From NCBI GenBank assembly GCA_044220955.1, contig JBGAQA010000068.1, forward strand, positions 1 through 36,874: a DNA stretch of 36,874 bases. The letters run 5' to 3'. Under the pieces are notes generated by a model, which did no database searches, had not been told where the DNA came from, and saw only the letters and a program-made list of their open reading frames with translations. This DNA comes from Sandaracinaceae bacterium. GTDB lineage: Bacteria; Myxococcota_A; Polyangia; Polyangiales; Sandaracinaceae. The position numbers and the translations under genes were made by a program. This document shows, one piece after another, positions 19,180 through 26,529 of this stretch (positions are counted from its first letter, which is position 1; every line of letters starts with the position of its first letter).

Positions 19180-19836
19180 TCAGTTCGCCTTGGACCCGCG
19201 GGCGCGATCGACCCCGAGCTCGCTCATTCGCTCTGCGATCGCGAGGTAGCGCTCGTACACGTCCACCGTCTCGAGCAGGCGCTGGCGCTCGACCGGATCG
19301 CGCACGAGCAGGTCGAGCATCAGGTCCGCGACCCGCTCGGGGCTTCCGCGGAGCTCGGGTGGCGGCACCGGCACGCGCGAGGCTCGGGCGAGGGACGCGG
19401 CCTGCGATCGCGCCTGCTCTGCCATGCGCGCCACGAGCTCGGGCCGGGTGATCCGGCTCGGGATCGTCTCCGCCCTCGCGCGCCGGAACGGGGGCACGAA
19501 GGGTAGCTCCGAGAGGCGCACGCGCTGCGTGCCCTCGAGGATCAGGTCGAAGGTGCCGTCCGGGTTGCCGCGGTGCGAGACGATTCGCCCCGCGCCCGCG
19601 ATCTCGTGCAGCGGCGGCCGTCCTTCGTAGTCTTCCTCGAACCCGGGCCGGAGCTGGGCGATCGCCATCGCGCGCGGCCCCTTCTCGAGGCAGTGCCGCA
19701 TCAGCGCGCGGTAGCGCGGCTCGAACAGGTGCAGGCCGATCGAGGTGCCCGGGAAGAGCACGGCGGCGGGAAGCGGAAACACCGGCAGATCGGCCAGCTC
19801 CGCGTCGGTGAGCAGCGGCGTCTCGGGCTCGATCAC
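19180..19836 (-). CDS. Stand-alone Lon N-terminal substrate-binding domain protein
   Basis: LPVFPLP..VLFPG..LHLFEPRYR; GTG start overlaps folE-like stop (GTGA). Confidence 0.88.
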   Translation of the reverse strand: MIEPETPLLTDAELADLPVFPLPAAVLFPGTSIGLHLFEPRYRALMRHCLEKGPRAMAIAQLRPGFEEDYEGRPPLHEIAGAGRIVSHRGNPDGTFDLILEGTQRVRLSELPFVPPFRRARAETIPSRITRPELVARMAEQARSQAASLARASRVPVPPPELRGSPERVADLMLDLLVRDPVERQRLLETVDVYERYLAIAERMSELGVDRARGSKAN

Positions 19837-20423
19837 GCGCGCTCCGGCGCGACCGCGACCGCGATCGCCGAGAGCAGCTCCGCGCGCATCGCGGCATCGC
19901 CGGTGGCCGCCCCGGCGAACGCGCTCGTGAGCGCGCGCGCTCCGTGGCGCCGCTCGCCCCGCGCCGTCATGCATGCGGGCGCGAGGTCGAGCACGGCGCC
20001 CGCGGCGCGCGCGCCGAGGTGCGTCACGAGCGCGTCTGCGATCTGCTGGCCGAGATCCTCCTGCAGCGCGAGCCGCCGCGAGAAGCAGTCGACGAGGCGA
20101 GCGATCGCGCCGAGGCCGACCACGCCCTCGCCCGGCCAGTAGCCGACGTGCGCGACGCCGCTCGCCGGCAGCAGGTGATGCGGACACACCGTCGTGGTCG
20201 CGACGCTCGTCACGAGCACGAGGCCCGGCGCGCGCGACACGGTTCGATCGGCGAGGATCACCTTCGGATCGAGGTCGTACCCGCAGAGCAGATCGGTCGC
20301 GAACGCCTCGGCCACCCGCGCGCCCGTGCCCTTCAGCTCGGGGTCATCCGTCGGAGCGCCGATCGCCGCGAGGAATTCCTCGATCGCCCGCGCCGCGCGG
20401 GGGAGGTCGACCGTCCTCTTCAC
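19833..20423 (-). CDS. folE: GTP cyclohydrolase I-like T-fold protein (divergent)
   Basis: CPHHLLP, RRLALQE, CMTARG; GTG start overlaps MerR stop. Confidence 0.8.
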   Translation of the reverse strand: MKRTVDLPRAARAIEEFLAAIGAPTDDPELKGTGARVAEAFATDLLCGYDLDPKVILADRTVSRAPGLVLVTSVATTTVCPHHLLPASGVAHVGYWPGEGVVGLGAIARLVDCFSRRLALQEDLGQQIADALVTHLGARAAGAVLDLAPACMTARGERRHGARALTSAFAGAATGDAAMRAELLSAIAVAVAPERA

Positions 20424-21004
20424 TTGCCCCAGAGCAGCCGCATCGCGCGTGGCAGATCCTCGCGCTCCATCACGTCGCACCCGCCGCACTGCTGCGTGAA
20501 CGACTGCTTCTGATCGCAGCTCGAGCACTCGCGCACGACGCTCACCATCGAGGACAGCTCGTCGCGGAGCCGCCGCAGCACGGTGATCTTGCGCTGCAGC
20601 TCGCCGACGCGCGCCTCGAGCGTCGCCGTCATCCGCTGGCTCGCCTCCGTGGCCGACCCGCAGCGCGCCTTGAGCGCGAAGAGATCCTTGATGTCCTGGA
20701 TCGACAGGCCGGCCTCGCGCAGGTCCATCACGAGCTGCAGCTTCTCGCGCTGCGCCGGGTCGTACATCCGGTGGCCGCCCTCGCTCCGCGACGACGGCTC
20801 CACCAGCCCCGTCTCCTCGTAGAAGCGGACCGTACGTAGCGTCGTTTCGCACGCGCGCGCGAGATCGCCCGTCGACATGAAGTCGGCCGAGAGCCCGCAG
20901 GGCGCCTTCGCGCAGGGGTCCACCACGGCTCCCGCGGAGGCCGATCCGACGTCCGATCTCTCGGCTGCGGCTTCCAGCGCGGTCGATGCCTTGGCGACGC
21001 TCAC
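20420..21004 (-). CDS. MerR-family regulator with C-terminal CxxC-x9-CxxC
   Basis: TGDLARAC.TTLRTVRFYEETGLV..SEGGHRMY HTH; AAGGAG before GTG 21004. Confidence 0.88.
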   Translation of the reverse strand: MSVAKASTALEAAAERSDVGSASAGAVVDPCAKAPCGLSADFMSTGDLARACETTLRTVRFYEETGLVEPSSRSEGGHRMYDPAQREKLQLVMDLREAGLSIQDIKDLFALKARCGSATEASQRMTATLEARVGELQRKITVLRRLRDELSSMVSVVRECSSCDQKQSFTQQCGGCDVMEREDLPRAMRLLWGK

Positions 21005-21019
21005 GGTGCTCCTTCCATC

Positions 21020-21049
21020 TACATAGGAACCAAGTGCCGACGGTGTCAA
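21020..21049 (-). promoter_or_regulatory. Candidate promoter of merR-folE-lonN operon
   Basis: TTGACA-18 nt-TATGTA on the minus strand, just upstream of the RBS. Confidence 0.55.
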
Positions 21050-21157
21050 GATGGCCCCGCACGCAACGTCGCCCGCGTCGTGCCGAGACCCCGGGAGACG
21101 AGATCGGGCAGGGTCCGCTTGGCGCGGCCCCGGGGCTCCGATACGCTGGAGGAGCCG

Positions 21158-21508
21158 ATGAGCGATCCGATTCAGCGAAAGGGCCCCGGGGGCGTGACCG
21201 GCCCGCCGGACGGCGCACCGACCGAGGGCGCCGGTGCGGCGTTCCGGGCGGCCGTCGACGGTGCGCGGAGCGGGGGCGTCGAAGGGGCGCATCGCAGCGA
21301 GATCGCAGCGATCGCGTCGGAGGTACGATCCGGTGCCCTCGACGCCAGGGCGGCCGTCGAGCGGCTCGTCCAGCGCGCGCTGGCGAGCGGCACGGCGGCG
21401 ACGCTCGGCCCGGCCCAGAGGGAGCGCCTCGCCGAGATGCTGCGGGCCCAGCTCGCCGAGGATCCCACGCTCCAGGCGCTCCAGCGCGACCTCGAGCGCT
21501 CGCCGTGA
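21158..21508 (+). CDS. Small helical hypothetical protein
   Basis: GGAGGAG RBS, ATG 21158; Gly/Pro-rich N-terminus then amphipathic helices. Confidence 0.75.
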   Translation: MSDPIQRKGPGGVTGPPDGAPTEGAGAAFRAAVDGARSGGVEGAHRSEIAAIASEVRSGALDARAAVERLVQRALASGTAATLGPAQRERLAEMLRAQLAEDPTLQALQRDLERSP

Positions 21509-21571
21509 TCATCCTTGCGCCCTTTCCGGGCGCGTGACACAACGCGGGCCCTTCGTTCGAAAGAGGGTCTC

Positions 21572-21871
21572 TTGAGCACGTCCAGCACTCCCAGTGGTTC
21601 GAGCCCCGCGGCGGCCGCGCCCGCGCCCGCCTCCAGCACGTCCGTCACCGGCGACGCGATCCAGTGCAAGCCGGTCGAGGTGATCGTCGGCGACAAGGGC
21701 GTCGAGCGCGCGATCAAGCACCTCAAGCGCAAGATGGCCGCCGAGGGCGTCCTTCGCGAGCTGAAGCGCCGCCGGCACTACATGAAGCCGTCGGTGAAGC
21801 GCCGGAAGAAGGAGTCGGAGGCCGCGCGCCGCCGTCGCAAGCGCGAGAAGCAGCAGCTCATCGTCAAGTGA
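21572..21871 (+). CDS. rpsU: 30S ribosomal protein bS21 with N-terminal extension
   Basis: VERAIKHLKRKMAAEGVLRELKRRRHYMKPSVKRRKK; GAGGG before TTG 21572. Confidence 0.92.
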   Translation: MSTSSTPSGSSPAAAAPAPASSTSVTGDAIQCKPVEVIVGDKGVERAIKHLKRKMAAEGVLRELKRRRHYMKPSVKRRKKESEAARRRRKREKQQLIVK

Positions 21872-21895
21872 GCCGGGGCGCTCGCTCCGTTCCAC

Positions 21896-21933
21896 GAGGC
21901 CCCGTTGCGAGAGCAGCGGGGCTTCGCCGCTTT
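21896..21933 (+). terminator. Hairpin terminator after rpsU
   Basis: GAGGCCCCGTTGC-gaga-GCAGCGGGGCTTC 13-bp stem with G-U pairs; lies between convergent genes. Confidence 0.65.
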
Positions 21934-23147
21934 CAGGGCAGCGGGATGTGGATCGGGCCCGAGCCCCCGCCGAGGTCGATCGAGAGCCCCTGAGCGTCCA
22001 CGGTCGGCTCGGGCAGGGGCGCGCGCCCCGGGGCCCAGCTCCGGCTGACCTGCTGGACGATCGGCGCCCGCACGAGCGAGGGCGGGTGCGTCGAGAGGAA
22101 CACCAGCGGCAGTGCGTCGGCGGTCGTCTCGCCGAGGTGCCGGAACGTGTCGAGCGAGAGCAGTGCGCCCTCGTCGCTCCAGCGACCGCCCGCGCGCTCG
22201 TGCCCCGCCTCGAGCACGCTCGTGACGCCCCACATGTCCGCCTCGATCTCGAAGGGCTGCTCGAGCGGCGGCGCGGCCTGGGCCAGCGAGCGCTGCAGAT
22301 CTTCGGCCTCCTGCACGCTGGCCGATCCGCTCGGCGTGCAGCCGGTGTGGCCGCGGTAGTGGTGCGCCATCTCGTGGCCGAGGATGAACGCGACCTCTTC
22401 GTCGAAGAGCTGCCGCGCGCGGGCGAGCTTGCGCGCGTCCGTCGCGAGCGGGCCCGAGAGCAGCCCGGGCGGCAGCCCGCGCACCGAGCCGCGCCGGACC
22501 ATGTCCATGATCGAGCTCGCGTACGTCTCGTACGTGCTCGTGTGCCCGAGCTCGTCGTACGCGCGCGCCTCCGCCGTCGCCGCGGCGATCGTGAGCATCG
22601 GCGTCGTGATCATGATCATCGGCGCGCGCGAGCCGGGCGAGCAGCCCGCGGCCGCGTTGGGCTCCACGGGATCGTCGACGATGTGGAAGGGCACGTGCTC
22701 CACGCGCGCGCGGTGATCCGGCGGCAGGTGCGACCGCACCTCCTCGATCACCGACGTGACCTCGCGCTGCAAGAACGCCATCGTCATCGCGCCGCTCGCG
22801 TCTGCGGCGCCCGGCGGCAGGGCGGCGAGGGTCGCGTAGTCGGGCGGCGGATCGGTCGAGAGCAGCGAGTCGCCGGGCGAAGGGATCGAGGTGGGCAGCG
22901 ACGTCGGCAGCCCGGGGATGCTCGTCGGCAGCCCGCTCGGCAGCCCCGAGGGAAGGCTCGTCGGCAAGGACGTCGGCAGCCCCGGGATCGTCGGGAACGC
23001 GATGGGGGTCGGCGGGGGCGGCGGCGTCGGCGTCGGCGGCGGCGGACGATCGAAGGGGCTGGGGACGAGCCCGCACGCGCAGAGCAGCGCGAGCAGGGTG
23101 CCGGCGGCACCGAGCGTGGCGAGGAAGCGGCAGGGCTCTGAGCGCAT
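21933..23147 (-). CDS. M48-family zinc metallopeptidase lipoprotein
   Basis: Lipobox LCAC; PNAAA; GHEMAH (HExxH); EIEAD; STHP; alternative start 23156. Confidence 0.85.
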   Translation of the reverse strand: MRSEPCRFLATLGAAGTLLALLCACGLVPSPFDRPPPPTPTPPPPPTPIAFPTIPGLPTSLPTSLPSGLPSGLPTSIPGLPTSLPTSIPSPGDSLLSTDPPPDYATLAALPPGAADASGAMTMAFLQREVTSVIEEVRSHLPPDHRARVEHVPFHIVDDPVEPNAAAGCSPGSRAPMIMITTPMLTIAAATAEARAYDELGHTSTYETYASSIMDMVRRGSVRGLPPGLLSGPLATDARKLARARQLFDEEVAFILGHEMAHHYRGHTGCTPSGSASVQEAEDLQRSLAQAAPPLEQPFEIEADMWGVTSVLEAGHERAGGRWSDEGALLSLDTFRHLGETTADALPLVFLSTHPPSLVRAPIVQQVSRSWAPGRAPLPEPTVDAQGLSIDLGGGSGPIHIPLP

Positions 23148-23174
23148 CGTCCTCATCTTACGCCGAATGATCGC

Positions 23175-23329
23175 TCGGCTCGCCCCTGCGGTCCCTCCCG
23201 TCCGCGCGCTGTCGGCCGGAGGCGTCCGCTCCGCGGACGCGACACAATTGTGTCGGCCCGCCGTGCGGCGGGCACTCCGGCCGCACGCGCGCTTCCGTCC
23301 GGGCCCTCCGTGGCGAGCACTCCTGTCAT
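23175..23329 (-). repeat. Repeat family A, copy 3 (inverted), with four-way-junction insert
   Basis: Both arms match copies 1 and 2; the central hairpin is replaced by the 23213-23283 cruciform module. Confidence 0.85.
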
Positions 23330-23667
23330 GGCAAACACGCCCCGAAGGTGGTGCCGTCGTCGGCCGTGAGCGTGGTGCAGGTCAGGCCGGTCGTGCAGTC
23401 GGAGGAGGCCCCGCATCGCCCGACGCAGAAGAAGGTGCGCGCCGCGTCGTGGGCCAGGGCGATGCACGCCCCCTCGTCGGGGCAGTCGGCGTCGGCGCGG
23501 CACGCGCTCGAGCAGAACCTGCCGCTCGCGCTGGTTCCGTCGCTGCGTGTGAAGGCGACCTCGGTGCACGCGCCCATCGCGCAAGAAGTGTCCCCGCCGC
23601 AGCGCGCGTAGGGCGGCGCGCTCGCGCACGCGGCGAGCAGCAGGCCGAACGCGAGGCCGAGGCGCAT
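23326..23667 (-). CDS. Small Cys-rich lipoprotein
   Basis: MRLGLAFGLLLAAC lipobox; 12 further Cys in CxxxxDC-type repeats. Confidence 0.8.
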   Translation of the reverse strand: MRLGLAFGLLLAACASAPPYARCGGDTSCAMGACTEVAFTRSDGTSASGRFCSSACRADADCPDEGACIALAHDAARTFFCVGRCGASSDCTTGLTCTTLTADDGTTFGACLP

Positions 23668-23793
23668 CGGCAAGACTCTACGACGGAATCGCGCTCTGCC
23701 ATCGTTTCGCCACGCATCTTCCTCGCGGGCTCCTCGGGACCTCGCCGTGATCGCCTTCGCCGCTCGCGATGCTCCGGCTCGGAGGTACGAGCC

Positions 23794-24477
23794 ATGAGCG
23801 ATGCCGCGATTCCCCGAACGTTCCAGATGATCCCCGCGCCCCCCCGCGCGATCCCCGCCCCCATCCCGCCGCCCGCTCCGGCCGCAGCGCCGGATCCGAT
23901 CGAGACCTCGCCGTGGCTGGCCGGGCTCGCCGCCGATGCGTCGCTCGCCGCGAGCGCGCGCCGCGCCGGCACGGGCCTCGTCCTGACGCTTCCGTTCACG
24001 ATCGCCGCAGGCCTGCGCGCCGAGCGTCCGGTCGAGGCCCTCGTCGCCGCGCTCTCGCTGCCGGTCGGGCTGGCGATGATCGCGCTCGTCGGCGTCGCCG
24101 CCAGCACGCTCGGCGTCTCGCTCGCGTCGGTCCCGCTCGAGCCGGCTCAGGCCGCGACGATCGCCTCGCGCGGCGTGTTCCGCACCGGCGTGCTGCTCGC
24201 CGGTCTCGCGCCCGTGACGGCGCTCTGGGTCGCGGGCGGCCGGCCGCTCGAAGGGCTCTTCGCGGGGACCGTCGCGATCGCCGTCGCGGGAGCGAGCGGC
24301 ATCGGCACGATCGCGCGCGGTCTGCTCGGCGCGACGGCGGAGACCGACGGCACCTGGCGCGGCGCGGCCGTCCTGGTGGCCCTGCTCTTCGTGCTCTTCT
24401 CGCTCGTCGTCGGCGTCCGGCTCTGGCTCGGGGCGGCCGACGACCTGAGCGCGTCGCTGCTCGGAGGCGAGCTGTGA
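23794..24477 (+). CDS. Membrane protein (about 5 TM)
   Basis: GGAGG RBS; Pro-rich N-terminus; TM helices; coupled to the next gene. Confidence 0.75.
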   Translation: MSDAAIPRTFQMIPAPPRAIPAPIPPPAPAAAPDPIETSPWLAGLAADASLAASARRAGTGLVLTLPFTIAAGLRAERPVEALVAALSLPVGLAMIALVGVAASTLGVSLASVPLEPAQAATIASRGVFRTGVLLAGLAPVTALWVAGGRPLEGLFAGTVAIAVAGASGIGTIARGLLGATAETDGTWRGAAVLVALLFVLFSLVVGVRLWLGAADDLSASLLGGEL

Positions 24478-25151
24478 GCGCCGCCGTGCTCGACGTGCTG
24501 GTGCGGGACCCGGGCACCGCCGCGCGCCGGGCGCTCGCGGGGGGCGACGCACCCATCGCTCGTGCCGCGCTGATCGCGCTCCTCGTCGGTGGTGCGGTCT
24601 TCGGCGGCGTGCTCGGCTCGTACCGGGGCGAGCTGCAGGTGGTCTACGCGGCCGCGAAGATGCCCCTGGTGCTCGTCGGCGCGCTCGCCGTGACCGCGCC
24701 GGCGACCTGGGCGCTCGGCGTCGCGTCGGGCCGTCCCTGGACGATGCGCAGCGTCTTCGCGCTCGTGCTCGTCGCGGCCGGGCGCGCTTCGCTCGTGCTC
24801 GTCGCGCTCGCTCCCCTCCTCTGGCTCGCGATCGATCTCGGCGCGGGCTACCACTTCTCCACCTTCCTCGCGTCGGTCACCTTCGCGATCGCGGGGCTGG
24901 TCGCGCTCGTGACGTTGGTCCGCGGTCTCGGCGCGGCCGGCGTCGGGATCGCGCTCGCGGCTGCCGTCGTCTTCCTCTCGGGCCTCGCGCAGACCGGCTG
25001 GGCGCTGCGTCCGTGGCTCGGGCGGCCCTCGGTGCCCGTCCACTTCGTGCGCACGGAGGCGGGCGTCGGTCCGCTCGAGTCGATCGCAGAGAGCGCGCGC
25101 CTCGGCACGGGCGACCCGAGCGGCGACTCGCTCGAGGGGGTCACGCCGTGA
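24474..25151 (+). CDS. Membrane protein (about 5 TM, Yip1-like topology)
   Basis: GTGA overlap; AAAKMPLV and QTGWALRPWLGRP motifs. Confidence 0.75.
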   Translation: MSAAVLDVLVRDPGTAARRALAGGDAPIARAALIALLVGGAVFGGVLGSYRGELQVVYAAAKMPLVLVGALAVTAPATWALGVASGRPWTMRSVFALVLVAAGRASLVLVALAPLLWLAIDLGAGYHFSTFLASVTFAIAGLVALVTLVRGLGAAGVGIALAAAVVFLSGLAQTGWALRPWLGRPSVPVHFVRTEAGVGPLESIAESARLGTGDPSGDSLEGVTP

Positions 25152-25777
25152 GCCCGGCGCTGCTGACGCTGGGCTACCTCGTGCTCGGCGCCGCTCTCGC
25201 GCTGATCGCGCGCTGGCGGGGCCTGGCCCCGATCGATGCGGCGCTGGTGCTGCTCGCCTGGCCGCTCTACTTGCCCGTGCTCGGTGCGCTGGCCGAGCGC
25301 CCTGCCACGGACGAGCCGGCGTGTCTCGCCGACGCGGTTCGCGAGGCGCTCGGCACCGTGCGAGAAGCTGCGGCGGGCTCGCCCTTCGCGGCGCTGCTCG
25401 GGCCGGCGGCGGAGGGTCGCCTGCTCGCCGAGATCGACCGGGCGACCGCGCGCATGCGTGCGATCGACGCGGAGCTCGGCGGCGCACGCCCCACGGCCCC
25501 GGGCCCCCTGGGCTCGACCGCTGCCTTGAGGGCCGAGTCCGAGGCGCACCTGCGCGCGCTCGCGGCCTCCGACCGCGCCGCGATGCGCGAGCTCGTCGAG
25601 CTGCTCGGCGCGCTGCGGGCGCGCATCGTGCTGGCGCGGCACGCCGGCTCGTCGGCCGAGGGGCCCTCGGCGCTGGTCGGGGAGCTCTGGGCGCGCATCG
25701 AGGGCCTCGGAGAGGCCGTGGCGTGCGCGGAGGCGTCCGCCCCGGGGAAGGGCGCGCGCGCCGACGTGGCCGCGTGA
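25148..25777 (+). CDS. N-terminal TM hairpin plus coiled-coil protein
   Basis: GTGA overlap; two TMs ending WPLYLP, then heptad-rich helices. Confidence 0.7.
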   Translation: MSPALLTLGYLVLGAALALIARWRGLAPIDAALVLLAWPLYLPVLGALAERPATDEPACLADAVREALGTVREAAAGSPFAALLGPAAEGRLLAEIDRATARMRAIDAELGGARPTAPGPLGSTAALRAESEAHLRALAASDRAAMRELVELLGALRARIVLARHAGSSAEGPSALVGELWARIEGLGEAVACAEASAPGKGARADVAA

Positions 25778-25839
25778 GCGCGAGGGCGGTGATAGGCTCG
25801 AGCCTCGATGCTCGCGCTCGCGCACGTCCGGAGGACGCC

Positions 25840-26529
25840 TTGAGCCGTCGCGTGCTCGTCGTCGACGACGAGGCGCACATCCGCGACGTCGTGCAATTCG
25901 CCCTCGAGCGCGAGGGCTTCGCGGTGCACGCGGTCCCCGACGGCAAGACCGCGCGGAGCGCGCTCGCCGCCGGTGGTCACGACGTCGTCGTCCTCGACGT
26001 GATGCTCCCCGACGTCGACGGGCTCACGCTCTGCCGCGAGATCCGCGCGAGCGCGCGCACACCGATCGTGTTCCTCTCGGCGCGCTCCGACGAGATCGAC
26101 CGCGTGCTCGGCCTCGAGCTCGGTGGCGACGACTACCTCGTGAAGCCCTTCTCGCCGCGGGAGCTCGTCGCCCGCGTCAAGGCGGTCCTGCGTCGGGCGT
26201 CGGGCGAGGGGCCGGACGAGCCGAAGCGCGTGCTCCTGCACGGGGAGGTGCGCATCGACCTCGATCGCCACGAGGTGCGGGCGCGCGGCGTCCTCGTCGC
26301 GCTGACCCAGACCGAGCTCGGGATGCTGGCGGCGCTGATCGAGCGTCCGGGCGTCGTGCTCTCGCGCGGCCAGCTCATGCAGCGCGCGTACACGTGGGAC
26401 AACCTCGTCACCGAGCGGACGATCGACACGCACGTGCGCCGGATCCGCCAGAAGCTGCGACCGCACGGCATCGATCCGATCGCGACCGTGCATGGCGTCG
26501 GCTACAAGGCCGCCGATGCCCCCGGCTGA
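25840..26529 (+). CDS. OmpR/CreB-like response regulator
   Basis: GGAGG before TTG; VVDDE, LDVMLP, KPFSPREL, RTIDTHVRRIR, TVHGVGY. Confidence 0.93.
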   Translation: MSRRVLVVDDEAHIRDVVQFALEREGFAVHAVPDGKTARSALAAGGHDVVVLDVMLPDVDGLTLCREIRASARTPIVFLSARSDEIDRVLGLELGGDDYLVKPFSPRELVARVKAVLRRASGEGPDEPKRVLLHGEVRIDLDRHEVRARGVLVALTQTELGMLAALIERPGVVLSRGQLMQRAYTWDNLVTERTIDTHVRRIRQKLRPHGIDPIATVHGVGYKAADAPG

